NCBI GenBank assembly: GCA_035557095.1
Contig: DATMEB010000132.1
Coordinates: 8,938 to 72,937, forward strand
From: Nocardioidaceae bacterium
Lineage (GTDB): Bacteria > Actinomycetota > Actinomycetes > Propionibacteriales > Nocardioidaceae
Direction of reading: 5' to 3'
DNA length: 64,000 bases
The notes under the pieces are model-generated. The model worked only from the letters and a program-made list of their open reading frames with translations. It was not told the origin of the DNA and ran no database searches. Shown here one piece after another: positions 1 to 9,330 of the stretch. The translations under genes and the position numbers were made by a program. Within the stretch, counting starts at the first letter, position 1, and every line of letters begins with the position of its first letter.

Positions 1-490
1 GCGGTAGTCCCTGGGTGCGCGTCAGAGCGGCGAAGTCGTCGAAGTCGCGGTAGGCGTAGAAGGCGTGCATCAGCGCGGGCGCGGAGAACGGGAACCGGTC
101 GCCGACGTCGACGGTGACGCGCACACCACGGCGTGGGTCGGCGGCGGCGATGACGGTGTAGCCGCCGGAGCCGTCCTGTTGGGCCGCGAAGACGACGAAG
201 CCCAGCTGCCGGCTCAGTGCGTCGATCTCCTCCTGCACCACCGCGTGGATCGACTCCTGGCTGACACCGGTCAACGCCAGCAGTCCCGGACCCAGCGTCC
301 ACCCGTTGCGGCTGCCCAGGTTGCTGGCCCAACCGGCTCGTTGCAGCGTGGCCAGGATGTTGTAGCAGGTGGACCGGTTCAGGCGGAGCTCTCCGGCAAG
401 GACGCCCGGCGACACCCCGGCGGGTGCCTCGACCGCGATCCGTTCCAGGATGCGAATCGCGGCGTTGACCGCCGGCACGTCGTTGGACAT
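1..490 (-). CDS. IclR-family transcriptional regulator (3' end runs off the window)
   Basis: Own translation of the minus strand from ATG at 490-488 gives MSNDVPAVNAAIRILERIAVEAPAGVSPGVLAGELRLNRSTCYNILATLQRAGW... This is a winged-HTH N-terminus typical of IclR proteins. The frame stays open to position 1, so it is absent from the ORF track. Divergent from the ABC operon. Confidence 0.75.
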   Translation of the reverse strand, partial: MSNDVPAVNAAIRILERIAVEAPAGVSPGVLAGELRLNRSTCYNILATLQRAGWASNLGSRNGWTLGPGLLALTGVSQESIHAVVQEEIDALSRQLGFVVFAAQQDGSGGYTVIAAADPRRGVRVTVDVGDRFPFSAPALMHAFYAYRDFDDFAALTRTQGLP

Positions 491-547
491 CGTCGAACTC
501 CTTCGGTCGGCGGAGCGGCCCCGTTCCACTGCCGGTAGGCCCTAGTG

Positions 548-566
548 ACGAGATCCATGATCTCGT
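548..566. promoter_or_regulatory. Perfect inverted repeat ACGAGATC-cat-GATCTCGT, candidate IclR operator
   Basis: 8-bp arms and a 3-nt spacer read directly from the sequence. It lies in the divergent IclR/ABC intergenic region, 31 nt upstream of the predicted -35. Confidence 0.4.
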
Positions 567-596
567 GGAGCGGACGTTCGGACAACGATACCGGCG

Positions 597-625
597 TTGA
601 CCGTCCTCTCCACAGGTCATACTAT
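597..625 (+). promoter_or_regulatory. Sigma-70-like promoter for the ABC/D-aminoacylase operon
   Basis: TTGACC (597-602), exact 17-nt spacer, TACTAT (620-625), upstream of the first ABC gene. Prediction from sequence only. Confidence 0.4.
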
Positions 626-668
626 CTCGCATACACGACGATGAGGAGCACCTGCGCCCGGCCACTGC

Positions 669-1553
669 TTGGTGGTGCTTCCAGCCCTCGGAGGAGCCGT
701 GACGGCAAGCCGCACTCGAGAACAGGTCCACGCCGCGCACGAGTCGCGGGCGACCTCCGCCGCCGGCGACTCCGCCTCGGTGCCGCAGCTGCGGTGCGAG
801 GGGGTGGGTGTGACCCTGCACGGGGCGGCGGGCGAGGTGCCGGTGCTGCAGGGCGTGGACCTGAGCGTGCACGACGGGCAGCTGGTGTCGATCCTCGGCC
901 AGTCCGGGTCGGGCAAGACCACATTGCTGCGGGTCCTGGGCGGTCTGCAGCCGGCGACCGCTGGGGTGGTGCGGTATCGCGGGGAGGAGTTCGACCGGCC
1001 GGTGTCCGGGCTGGTGACCGTCTTCCAGGACTACGCGCAGTCGCTGTTGCCCTGGCGCAGCGTGCGCCGCAACGTCGCCTTGGGCATCGAGCGTCGGTTG
1101 ACGAAGGCGGAGACGGTCGAGCGGGTCGACGAGGCGCTGGACATGGTCGGACTGACCGACCGCGCGCAGGAGCACCCCTCGAAGCTGTCCGGCGGGATGC
1201 AGCAGCGCGTGCAGATCGCCCGCGCACTGGCGATGCGGCCCTCGGTGATGTTGATGGACGAGCCGTTCGGTGCCCTGGACGCGATGACCAAGGCCACGCT
1301 GCAGGATCAGCTGCAGCGCGTGCAGGCCGCGACCGGCACCACGGTCGTGTTCGTCACCCACGACGTCGAGGAGGCCGTGTACCTCTCCGACGAGGTCGTC
1401 ATCCTGCAGGACAAGCCCGCTTCGGTCGGCGTACGGCTGGAGGTTCAGCTGAACCGTCCTCGCCACCAGCTGCAGACCAAGGAGGACGCGCACTACCTGG
1501 ACCTGCGGCACCGCGTCTACGAGGCGCTCGGCTACGGGGCGGCCGTCGAATGA
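669..1553 (+). CDS. ABC transporter ATP-binding protein, NitT/TauT (SsuB/TauB-like) type
   Basis: Walker A GQSGSGKTT, signature LSGGMQQR, Walker B VMLMDEPFGALD, H-loop VTHD. The track start at 669 is TTG. GTG at 699 behind GGAGGAG is an alternative start. Confidence 0.9.
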   Translation: MVVLPALGGAVTASRTREQVHAAHESRATSAAGDSASVPQLRCEGVGVTLHGAAGEVPVLQGVDLSVHDGQLVSILGQSGSGKTTLLRVLGGLQPATAGVVRYRGEEFDRPVSGLVTVFQDYAQSLLPWRSVRRNVALGIERRLTKAETVERVDEALDMVGLTDRAQEHPSKLSGGMQQRVQIARALAMRPSVMLMDEPFGALDAMTKATLQDQLQRVQAATGTTVVFVTHDVEEAVYLSDEVVILQDKPASVGVRLEVQLNRPRHQLQTKEDAHYLDLRHRVYEALGYGAAVE

Positions 1554-2332
1554 GGACCCTGAGCCGCAGGGTGAACCTCCTCGGGCTCGGCACCCTTCTT
1601 GCCATCGCGGTGGTGTGGCAGCTGGCGGACGCCCTCGGCCTGGTGTCCTTCCGCTACATCCCGAGCCCTGCCGAGGTGCTCGACTCCGGCAGCTCCCTGC
1701 TGGCCTCCGGAGAACTGCAGCAGAACCTCACGCACACGCTGTCGGCGGCGCTCCTGGGCTGGTTCAACGCCTGCGCGATCGCCGTGCCTGCGGGCGTCGT
1801 CATCGGCCTCTCGCGAGTTGTGTGGACGTCGACGATGGCCAGCCTGGATGCGCTGCGCGCACTCCCCATCGTGGGTTTCGTCCCGGTGGCGGTGCTGCTC
1901 TTCGGCTTCACCATGTCCATGGAGATCGTGGTCGCGACCTACGCCGCGATCTGGCCGATCCTGCTGAACACGATCGCCGGCCTGCGCGCCGCCCCGCCCC
2001 GATCGCTGGAGGTGGCGAAGATGATGCAGTTCGGGAGGCTTCGCACGCTGTGGGCGGTGCGGCTCCCCATCGCTACGCCGTACATCGTGGTCGGACTGCG
2101 GCTGGGTCTGTCTCTGTCGCTGGTGCTGGCGCTGGTCGCGGAGATCGTCGGCAACCCCGCCGGCCTCGGGTACGCACTGGTCGAGGCAGGACAGTCCCTC
2201 CAGCCAGGGACCATGTTCGCCTACATCATCGCCATCGGGCTCGCCGGCATCGCGCTCAACGCCGTGCTCATGACGGTCGCCCGGCTGGGCTTCCGCGGCC
2301 AGATGTCCGTGGCCGGTGAGGACGTCTCATGA
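1550..2332 (+). CDS. ABC transporter permease (BPD-type)
   Basis: C-terminal 260 aa of track ORF 545..2332, starting MRTLSRRVNLLGLGTLLAIAVVW. Multi-TM with an EAA-like loop (LEVAKMMQFGRLRTLWAVRLP). ATGA overlap with the ATPase stop at 1550-1553. Confidence 0.85.
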   Translation: MRTLSRRVNLLGLGTLLAIAVVWQLADALGLVSFRYIPSPAEVLDSGSSLLASGELQQNLTHTLSAALLGWFNACAIAVPAGVVIGLSRVVWTSTMASLDALRALPIVGFVPVAVLLFGFTMSMEIVVATYAAIWPILLNTIAGLRAAPPRSLEVAKMMQFGRLRTLWAVRLPIATPYIVVGLRLGLSLSLVLALVAEIVGNPAGLGYALVEAGQSLQPGTMFAYIIAIGLAGIALNAVLMTVARLGFRGQMSVAGEDVS

Positions 2333-3159
2333 CCACGTCCACACCCGTCCGCGCCGTAGAGCAGGCCGCCGGGTCGGTGGAGGCGCGCGGACGAACGCGC
2401 CGCTCGACGAGCCAGAGCAGTAGCAGCCCCATCGTCGGTCTGCTCCCACTCGCGCTGGCTCTTGCGGCATGGCAGCTGCTCGGTCGCGAGCAGTCGCCGT
2501 ACTTCCCCCCGCCGTCACGCTGGTTCGATGCCCTGTTGCCGCTGTGGACGAGTGGCGCACTGATGGAGGCGGTACGGGCGACGATCTGGACCCTGCTCCT
2601 GGGGCTCGTGCTGGCCACCGCCGTCGGCGGGCTGCTCGGGATGGCGGTGGGTTCGAGCCGGCGCGCGGACCAGGCACTGGGGCCGCTGTTCGAGTTCCTC
2701 CGCGTCCTGCCGGCTGCCGCCCTCGTGCCCTTGGCGGCGCTGGTCCTCGGCTACACGCTGCAGATGAAGCTCGCCGTGGTCGTGCTGCCGGCGACCTGGC
2801 CGATCCTGCTCGCCTGCCGGTCGGCTCGGCGGGCGGTCAGCCCGGTTCTCATCGACGCGTCTCGCTCGCTCGGCCTGAGCCGCGGGGAGCGGTTCCGCAA
2901 GGTGCTTGTCCCCAGCCTGACCCCCGGCATCCTGCTGGGCCTGCGCGTCGCAGCACCGCTCGCGCTGATCATCACGATCCTGGTCGAGATCGTGACCAGA
3001 GTGGATGGCGTCGGGGCGCTGCTCGGAGCCGCGCAGGCGAACTACCGCTCGGCGCAGGTCTACGGTCTACTGCTCCTGGCGGGCGTCATCGGGTTCGCGG
3101 TCAACTGGGCGGTGACCCACGTCGAGACGCTCGTCGGGGTGCGCATGCATGGCAACTGA
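2329..3159 (+). CDS. ABC transporter permease (second, non-identical)
   Basis: Multi-TM protein with EAA-like loop DASRSLGLSRGERFRKVLVP. ATGA overlap at 2329-2332. Confidence 0.85.
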   Translation: MTTSTPVRAVEQAAGSVEARGRTRRSTSQSSSSPIVGLLPLALALAAWQLLGREQSPYFPPPSRWFDALLPLWTSGALMEAVRATIWTLLLGLVLATAVGGLLGMAVGSSRRADQALGPLFEFLRVLPAAALVPLAALVLGYTLQMKLAVVVLPATWPILLACRSARRAVSPVLIDASRSLGLSRGERFRKVLVPSLTPGILLGLRVAAPLALIITILVEIVTRVDGVGALLGAAQANYRSAQVYGLLLLAGVIGFAVNWAVTHVETLVGVRMHGN

Positions 3160-3319
3160 GACGAGCTCCCACCACCGGGTAACCTGCCGCCCACGCAGTC
3201 GAGGCGCGCGCGACCGCCTGCCGACTGTCCGTGCCACCTCCACCAGCACCGTCGCCTTCCGCAGCGGCTGACCGCGGCGGCAGGCCAGGGCCCTCTCGGG
3301 TCCTCGACCAAGGGACGTC

Positions 3320-4792
3320 GTGATGCCCCAGACCACCAACACCACCGACAGCGCGGGCGCGGGTAGCCGGCCGGTCGTCGAAAGCGCGAACGCCTTCGAG
3401 GTCAGGCTGTCGGCGCAGCGGCAGCGGCTCTGCAACATCCTCGCCGTCACCGGCCTGGCCGTCTGCGCGGCCGCCGGGTTCACGGTCGACGGCGGGCCCA
3501 CCCTGTGGGGACTGGCGCCGATCGTGCTGTTCGGTGCACTGTGTCTCGCCGGCATGGACATGGTCATCGCCACCGCCGTCAGCCTCCTCGGCGGCGTACT
3601 GATCGCGCAGCTGGGGCCGGCCGAGGTCGGCGACCTCCTCGCGGCCGGGCTCATCGACGACGAGCTGGTCGCCGCCATCGGCCTGATCATCGTGCTCGGC
3701 GCCGGCACCGGCGAGGTGCTGCGGGTCACCGGTGTGGCCGGCCGCATCGTGCGGACGGTGATGGGTGCGCTCGGCGAACGCACCCAGCGGGCCGTCATGC
3801 TCGGCGTGATGCTGTCGTGCCTCGTGCTGGTCACCGCGCTGGGCACACTCGCCGGTGCGCTGGCGATCGCCGCGCCCATCCTCATCCCGATCGCGGCTCG
3901 CACGGGGTTCACCCGCTCGGCGACCGCGGCGATGATGTTCGTCGGCGGCTGCGCGGGTTTGGCGCTCGCCCCGTTCGCCGGGTCCAACGTGGCGATCATG
4001 GACGCCGCCGAGGTGGACTACTTCACCTACCTGCGTTACGGGGGCGCCCCCATCGCGGTGCTGTCGGTACTGATGGCGCTGCTGATCGTGCCGTGGATCC
4101 AGCGACGCACCCGCGAACTCGACGACTTCTACAACGCCGACGAGGCCGGCATGCAGGCCGGTGAGGAGCCGGCGCGCGCCGGCCGGACGACCGCGGTGTT
4201 CCTCACCGCCCTGCTGGTCAGCGTCATCTACGCCACCGTCAGCGAGGCCGGCATCGCGTTCCCGCTGCTGGCGCTGCCGCTGCTGGCGGTCGTCACCGGC
4301 CTGGCCGCCAGGCTGCCGCTCACCGAGGTTGCCTCCCACATCTACCGGGGCGGTGCCCGGCTGCTCAGCATCCTGATCCTGTTCTGGCTGCTGGCCGCGC
4401 TCTTCCTCATCATCAACGACCTGGCGCCTTTCGACGTGATCCTCGAGCAGTACGGCGCGGACCTGAAGAACATGTCCGGGCTCGCGTTCGCCGTCGCAGT
4501 CGCGCTGCTCGGCTGGGTCGGCGTGCCTGGGGCCACCGCCGCCCAGGTGGTGCTCATCGACAAGGTGTTCGGCCCGCTGGCGGCCACCATCGGCATCAGC
4601 ACCGGGGCCTGGGTCATCGTGCTGCTGTGGGCGTCGAAGGCCGACACGTACGGTCCGTTCCCGAACGCGAACATGATCGGGGCGATGGGACTGGCCCGGT
4701 CCACCAGTCTGAAGACGCTGCTGTACACCGGCTGGGCCATCCTGGTGCCTGCGTGCGCGCTCTACGCGGTCCTGCTGGCGGTACTCACGTGA
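3320..4792 (+). CDS. Ion-transporter-superfamily secondary permease (GntP/DsdX-like; family tentative)
   Basis: 490 aa and very hydrophobic. Two membrane halves are separated by a hydrophilic loop (RRTRELDDFYNADEAGMQAGEE). The GAGTGEVL motif resembles GntP-type permeases. High GC3. Confidence 0.6.
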   Translation: MMPQTTNTTDSAGAGSRPVVESANAFEVRLSAQRQRLCNILAVTGLAVCAAAGFTVDGGPTLWGLAPIVLFGALCLAGMDMVIATAVSLLGGVLIAQLGPAEVGDLLAAGLIDDELVAAIGLIIVLGAGTGEVLRVTGVAGRIVRTVMGALGERTQRAVMLGVMLSCLVLVTALGTLAGALAIAAPILIPIAARTGFTRSATAAMMFVGGCAGLALAPFAGSNVAIMDAAEVDYFTYLRYGGAPIAVLSVLMALLIVPWIQRRTRELDDFYNADEAGMQAGEEPARAGRTTAVFLTALLVSVIYATVSEAGIAFPLLALPLLAVVTGLAARLPLTEVASHIYRGGARLLSILILFWLLAALFLIINDLAPFDVILEQYGADLKNMSGLAFAVAVALLGWVGVPGATAAQVVLIDKVFGPLAATIGISTGAWVIVLLWASKADTYGPFPNANMIGAMGLARSTSLKTLLYTGWAILVPACALYAVLLAVLT

Positions 4793-6393
4793 CCATTCAC
4801 AGTGGGGGACAGCCACCGGCGGACGTGCTCGTCCGCGGCGGAACTGTCATCGACGGCACCGGCGCGCCGCCCCGCCGGGCCGACGTGGTCGTGCACGGCG
4901 GCACCGTCACCACCGTGTGTGGGCCAGGAGAGGCCGACACGACGGCCGCACGTGCCGAGGTGGACGCCACCGGGCAGGTCGTGTGTCCCGGGTTCATCGA
5001 CCTGCACTCCCACGCGGACTTCAGCATTCTCGGCCATCCGGCAGCGGATACCGCGCTCACCCAAGGGGTGACCACACTCGTGACCGGCAACTGCGGCTGG
5101 TCGCCCTTCCCGCTCGCCGACTCAGAGACGCTGCCGCGCGCGACCGCGTTCCTCGACCCCGAGCTCGACTGGTCGTGGAACGACGCCGCCGGCTTCGCCC
5201 GCGCGGTGGACGGCGCCGGTCCGGCGGTGAACCTCGCGCTGCAGGTCGGACACTCGTCGCTGCGGATTGCCGTGCTCGGCGCGGACGAGAGGGCGCCCAC
5301 CCGCAGCGAGCTCAAGCGCATGTGCGCGCTGCTGGAGCAGGCCGCCGAACAGGGCGTGCACGGGTTCTCCACCGGGCTGATCTACGCGCCCGGCTGTTAC
5401 GCCGACACCCAGGAGGTCACCGCACTGGTTCAGGTCGCGGCCGACTGCGGGCTGCTGTACTCCACGCACATGCGAAACGAGGCCGGCCAGCTGCTGCCGG
5501 CGGTGAATGAGGCGCTGGACACCGCGCGGGCCGCCGGCGCCCGGCTGGAGATCTCGCACCTGAAGGCGATGGGACGTCCCAACCACGGCCGGGTCGCCCA
5601 GGCTCTGCAGTGCATCGAGCGAGCGGCGGAAGACATTGACGTCGGCTGCGACATGTACCCCTACACCGCCTCCTCGACCACGCTCACCTCGCGACTGCCG
5701 ACCTGGGCGATCGACGGGGGAGTGGACGCGCTGCTGGACCGGCTCGCCGACCCCGCCATACGCGGGCGGATCGCAGCGGAGCTGAGGCAACGGCTGGTCG
5801 CAGACGTGGACCCCGACGGTGTCGTGGTCGCCGCCCTTCCCGACGGCCCGCACTCGGACACGGTCGGGTCCAGCCTCACCGAGATCGGCGCCCGGCTCGG
5901 CGTCGGGCCGGACGAGGCGGCGCTTCGGCTGCTCGAGGACCACCAGGCAGCGGTGGCGGTGGTCAACCACGCGATGGCTGAGGACGACGTCACCGCAGTG
6001 CTTCGACACCCGCTGGCCAGTGTTGCGAGCGACGGCTGGACGATGCGCCCCGTCGGCGCCGGCGCCCCGCACCCACGCAGCTTCGGCACGTTCGCCCGTG
6101 TGCTGGGCCGGTACGTGCGCGAGCGCGGTGACCTTCAGCTGGCAGAGGCGATCGCCAAGATGACGTCACGGCCCGCGGCCCGGGCCGGGCTTACCGGGCG
6201 CGGTGTGCTGCAGGAAGGGGCGGTCGCCGACATCGCCGTGTTCGACCCGGAGATGGTGACCGACCGCTCCACCTTCGCGGACCCCTGGCAGCTCTCGGTC
6301 GGGGTGACCGCGGTCCTGGTCGCCGGCCGGATCGCAAAGATCGAGGGGCAGCTCACCGGTCACCGCGCCGGTGTGGTGCTCCGGAAGGGATGA
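4789..6393 (+). CDS. N-acyl-D-amino-acid deacylase (D-aminoacylase) family amidohydrolase
   Basis: VLVRGGTVIDGTG...GQVVCPGFIDLHSHAD (HxH metal motif), GVTTLVTGNCG, and a C-terminal GRIAKIEG beta-sandwich-like end. GTGA overlap with the upstream stop at 4789-4792. Confidence 0.85.
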   Translation: MTIHSGGQPPADVLVRGGTVIDGTGAPPRRADVVVHGGTVTTVCGPGEADTTAARAEVDATGQVVCPGFIDLHSHADFSILGHPAADTALTQGVTTLVTGNCGWSPFPLADSETLPRATAFLDPELDWSWNDAAGFARAVDGAGPAVNLALQVGHSSLRIAVLGADERAPTRSELKRMCALLEQAAEQGVHGFSTGLIYAPGCYADTQEVTALVQVAADCGLLYSTHMRNEAGQLLPAVNEALDTARAAGARLEISHLKAMGRPNHGRVAQALQCIERAAEDIDVGCDMYPYTASSTTLTSRLPTWAIDGGVDALLDRLADPAIRGRIAAELRQRLVADVDPDGVVVAALPDGPHSDTVGSSLTEIGARLGVGPDEAALRLLEDHQAAVAVVNHAMAEDDVTAVLRHPLASVASDGWTMRPVGAGAPHPRSFGTFARVLGRYVRERGDLQLAEAIAKMTSRPAARAGLTGRGVLQEGAVADIAVFDPEMVTDRSTFADPWQLSVGVTAVLVAGRIAKIEGQLTGHRAGVVLRKG

Positions 6394-7316
6394 CACCGAT
6401 GATGCCGACTCCTAACTCCCGCGCACGGCCATCCCGCCGGATGCGTGTCGCCGCGGCGCAGCTGGGACCGAACCAGGAGGAGATGCCCCGCGCCAGCGTC
6501 GTCAAACGACTCGTGGCCCTGACCGACCAGGCTGCAAGCGAGCAGGTCGACCTGGTCGTCTTCCCGGAGCTTGCGCTGACGACCTACTTCCCCAAGCGGA
6601 TACGAGACGACGCCGACCAGTTCTTCGACACCGAGATGCCGAACCCGTCGGTACAGCCGCTGTTCGACCGCGCGCGTGAGGCGGGGATGGCGTTCTGCCT
6701 CGGGTACGCCGAGCGAACCGAGAATGGCCGCCACTTCAACACCATGGTCTACGTGGACGGGTCCGGAGCCGTGGCGCACCGCTACCGCAAGCTGCATCTG
6801 CCCGGACTGCCTGGACCCGCTCCGCCCGGACAGTTCCGCGTGTACGAGCCCTACTTCTTCGACCACGGCGATACCGGGCTGCATCCGTTCGCCACCCAGG
6901 ACGCGATGCTGGGCATGATGTTGTGCCAGGACCGGCGCTATCCGGAGACGTACCGCGCGCTGGGTCTCGGGGGCGCCGAGGTGATCGTCAGCGGCTACAA
7001 CACCCCGGCCCATCCACTGTCCCTGTCACAACACGAGCTGTGCCTGCGGGCCGGCGCGTACGAGAACAGCCTCTTCGTGATCGCCACAGCCAAGGCCGGG
7101 GTCGAGGACGGCGCACACCTGATCGGCGGGTCCTGCGTGGTGGACCCGAACGGACAGGTCATCGCCCGCGCCGACACCGAGGACGACGAGCTGGTGACCG
7201 CAGAGCTGGACCTCACGCTCATCACCGAGGCCCGGAACCGATGGGACTTCTACGGCCGCCGCCACCCGCGGCACTACACGGCGCTCACCGCCGACCTGCC
7301 GGAGCACCGGAGCTGA
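6390..7316 (+). CDS. N-carbamoyl-D-amino-acid hydrolase (D-carbamoylase), nitrilase superfamily
   Basis: From memory it aligns along its length with Agrobacterium DCase. Glu-Lys-Cys triad contexts are FPELALTTYFP, YRKLHLPG and MMLCQDRRYPE. ATGA overlap at 6390. ATG at 6441 (MRVAAAQLG) is an alternative start. Confidence 0.85.
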   Translation: MTPMMPTPNSRARPSRRMRVAAAQLGPNQEEMPRASVVKRLVALTDQAASEQVDLVVFPELALTTYFPKRIRDDADQFFDTEMPNPSVQPLFDRAREAGMAFCLGYAERTENGRHFNTMVYVDGSGAVAHRYRKLHLPGLPGPAPPGQFRVYEPYFFDHGDTGLHPFATQDAMLGMMLCQDRRYPETYRALGLGGAEVIVSGYNTPAHPLSLSQHELCLRAGAYENSLFVIATAKAGVEDGAHLIGGSCVVDPNGQVIARADTEDDELVTAELDLTLITEARNRWDFYGRRHPRHYTALTADLPEHRS

Positions 7317-7357
7317 GGCCGTCGCACCCGACCCTCAGCGCGAGTGAACCGCCGCCT

Positions 7358-8050
7358 TCACGGCAGCACTGGTCGTCCGTCCGCGAGCGCCGCCAGTCCC
7401 CACAGATCGCGCCACTCGTAGTCGGGTGCAGGACCTTCAGGCTGCGGCTCCGCATGCCGGTTCACCCACGCGGTGGACATGCCCGCTGCGGATGCGGACG
7501 CATGGTCGTACTTGAACCCGAACGCCACGTGCAGGATGCGCTCCGGCGGCACGCCGATGCGCTCCAGCGCCTGGTCGAAGAACGCCGGGTGAGGCTTGTA
7601 GATGCCGCAGTCCTCGGCGGTGACGACGTCGTCGAACGGTACGCGCAGGTGCCGCAGGCTGTGCTCGACGATGTCGCGGTCGGTGTTGGACATGATGACC
7701 AGGCGAAGCCCGGCGGCGCGGGCGCGGGTCAGCGCCGGGAAGGTGTCCGGGAACGGCTGCCAGGAGCGCATGGAGGCGACGAAGTCCTCGGCCAGCCGCT
7801 GGTCGTAGGTCCACCCGCGCTGCCGGCACGTCTGCTGGAGACTTTCGGCGAGCACCTGCTTGTACGGGCGGTAAGTCTGCTGCAGCAGCGCGAACTGCAG
7901 CTGCTCCCACTCATCACGCAGCTCCCGGCCGGGCACCAGGTCCGTGCGGTCCTGACGCAGAGCGTGCTGGTAGAGGAACTGGGCGGCGCCGCCCTCCCAG
8001 TCGATCAGCGTCCCGTAACAGTCGAACGTCGCCACCTCGTAGTCGCCCAT
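7358..8050 (-). CDS. HAD-superfamily hydrolase, type II haloacid dehalogenase-like
   Basis: MGDYEVATFDCYGTLIDWEGG (DxYGT nucleophile motif) and SNTD motif. Start taken at ATG 8050, aa 21 of the track ORF. Confidence 0.75.
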   Translation of the reverse strand: MGDYEVATFDCYGTLIDWEGGAAQFLYQHALRQDRTDLVPGRELRDEWEQLQFALLQQTYRPYKQVLAESLQQTCRQRGWTYDQRLAEDFVASMRSWQPFPDTFPALTRARAAGLRLVIMSNTDRDIVEHSLRHLRVPFDDVVTAEDCGIYKPHPAFFDQALERIGVPPERILHVAFGFKYDHASASAAGMSTAWVNRHAEPQPEGPAPDYEWRDLWGLAALADGRPVLP

Positions 8051-8063
8051 CACACTCCCTTGC

Positions 8064-9320
8064 TCACGTCGTCCAACGGACCCCGGCGGCCGTCGGCATC
8101 GCTGCGCCATACGCTCCCATCAGCGCGAATGGCGAGGTCGTGACCACGGGGTGGCCGTGGCGTACCACGCCCCACACGTCGCGCAAGGCGGCCGGGTGCG
8201 CGAACGGGTCATCGGTCACGATGAGCAGGTCTGCCGGTGCACCCGCGCCGATCGTGCCCGTGCCTGCGGGGGCGTCGGTGGCGGCGGCAGCAGTGGACGT
8301 GGCGGCGCGCAACGCCTGAACCGGTGTCATGCCGTAGGCGTGCAGGGTCTCGAGCTCGGTTACCAGTGACGGGTGCGGAGTATGCGGAGCGCCCGCGTCG
8401 GTGCCGGCGATGATCGGGATGCCGGCTTCCAGCGCCATGGCGAAGCTGGCCCGGTGCGCGTCTGTCACCTCGGTTGCCTTACCGGTGGCGTACGCGGGAA
8501 TGGTGCCGTCGACGCCGTCGGCCAACGTCCGGTACACCGCAAGGGTCGGGCACAGCACCGTGCCCTGCACTCGCATGTGCTCGACGATGTCCTCGGTGAG
8601 GAACACCCCGTGTTCGACGGTGTCGATGCCTGCCAGCACCGCGTTGCGTATCCCGTCGGTGCCCAGAGCGTGGGCGGCGACCCGGCGGCCCAGCCGGTGC
8701 GCCTCGGCGGAGATCGCGGCCAGCTCCTCGAACGTGAGCTCGCTCTGCCCGACCTGCTCACCCTCGCTGCGCCCGTAAACGCCACCGGTGGCGGCGGTCT
8801 TGATCACGCCGGCGCCGACGGACACCTGCTGGCGAACGGCCCGCGTGCAGGCCTCGGGCCCGTCGCTGAACACACCCCAGAACGGGTCGTGTCCGCCGGT
8901 CATGATGACGGTGCGACCGGAGGCGATGACCGTCGGACCCTCGCACAGGCCGCGGTCGACAGCGCGGGCGACTGTGACGGCGATGTCGAAGCTGCTGCCC
9001 AGGTCGCGCACCGTGGTCACCCCCGCTCGCAGCTGCTGCTGGGCGTTGGTGAGGGCACGCACCACCGTCAGCTGCTCGCCCTCCTGCTGGAGCACGGCCA
9101 CGGGATCGGCGCCGCCGGACCACACCAGGTGCACGTGCGCGTCCACCAGCCCGGGCAGGACGAACGCACCGTCGAGCTCGACCACCAGGTCGTCGGCGCC
9201 GGGACGGGCCTGCCCGGGGTCGTGCACTCCGGTCACTACCTCGTCGACCACGAGGTCGGCCGGGCGTGACTGGTCGGCGACCCCGTCCCACATCAGCCCA
9301 CCGCGCAGCACCAGTGCCAT
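8064..9320 (-). CDS. Amidohydrolase-superfamily metal-dependent hydrolase (COG1228-like)
   Basis: GAFVLPGLVDAHVHL (HxH), later AHA, GIDTVEHG and AGTDAG motifs typical of imidazolonepropionase-like or prolidase-like amidohydrolases. Confidence 0.8.
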   Translation of the reverse strand: MALVLRGGLMWDGVADQSRPADLVVDEVVTGVHDPGQARPGADDLVVELDGAFVLPGLVDAHVHLVWSGGADPVAVLQQEGEQLTVVRALTNAQQQLRAGVTTVRDLGSSFDIAVTVARAVDRGLCEGPTVIASGRTVIMTGGHDPFWGVFSDGPEACTRAVRQQVSVGAGVIKTAATGGVYGRSEGEQVGQSELTFEELAAISAEAHRLGRRVAAHALGTDGIRNAVLAGIDTVEHGVFLTEDIVEHMRVQGTVLCPTLAVYRTLADGVDGTIPAYATGKATEVTDAHRASFAMALEAGIPIIAGTDAGAPHTPHPSLVTELETLHAYGMTPVQALRAATSTAAAATDAPAGTGTIGAGAPADLLIVTDDPFAHPAALRDVWGVVRHGHPVVTTSPFALMGAYGAAMPTAAGVRWTT

Positions 9321-9330
9321 CGGTCGCGCC

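Noticed and set aside
545-1549. 5' two-thirds of plus-strand ORF 545..2332 (595 aa)
   Set aside because: It overlaps the ABC ATPase in another frame and gives Arg/Ala/Gly-rich nonsense. Only the part from ATG 1550 (the permease) is credible.
3101-4816. 571-aa minus-strand ORF
   Set aside because: It is antisense to the 490-aa membrane permease. Its composition is extremely charged and low-complexity (R/D/G/E/H runs), so I treat it as a shadow ORF.
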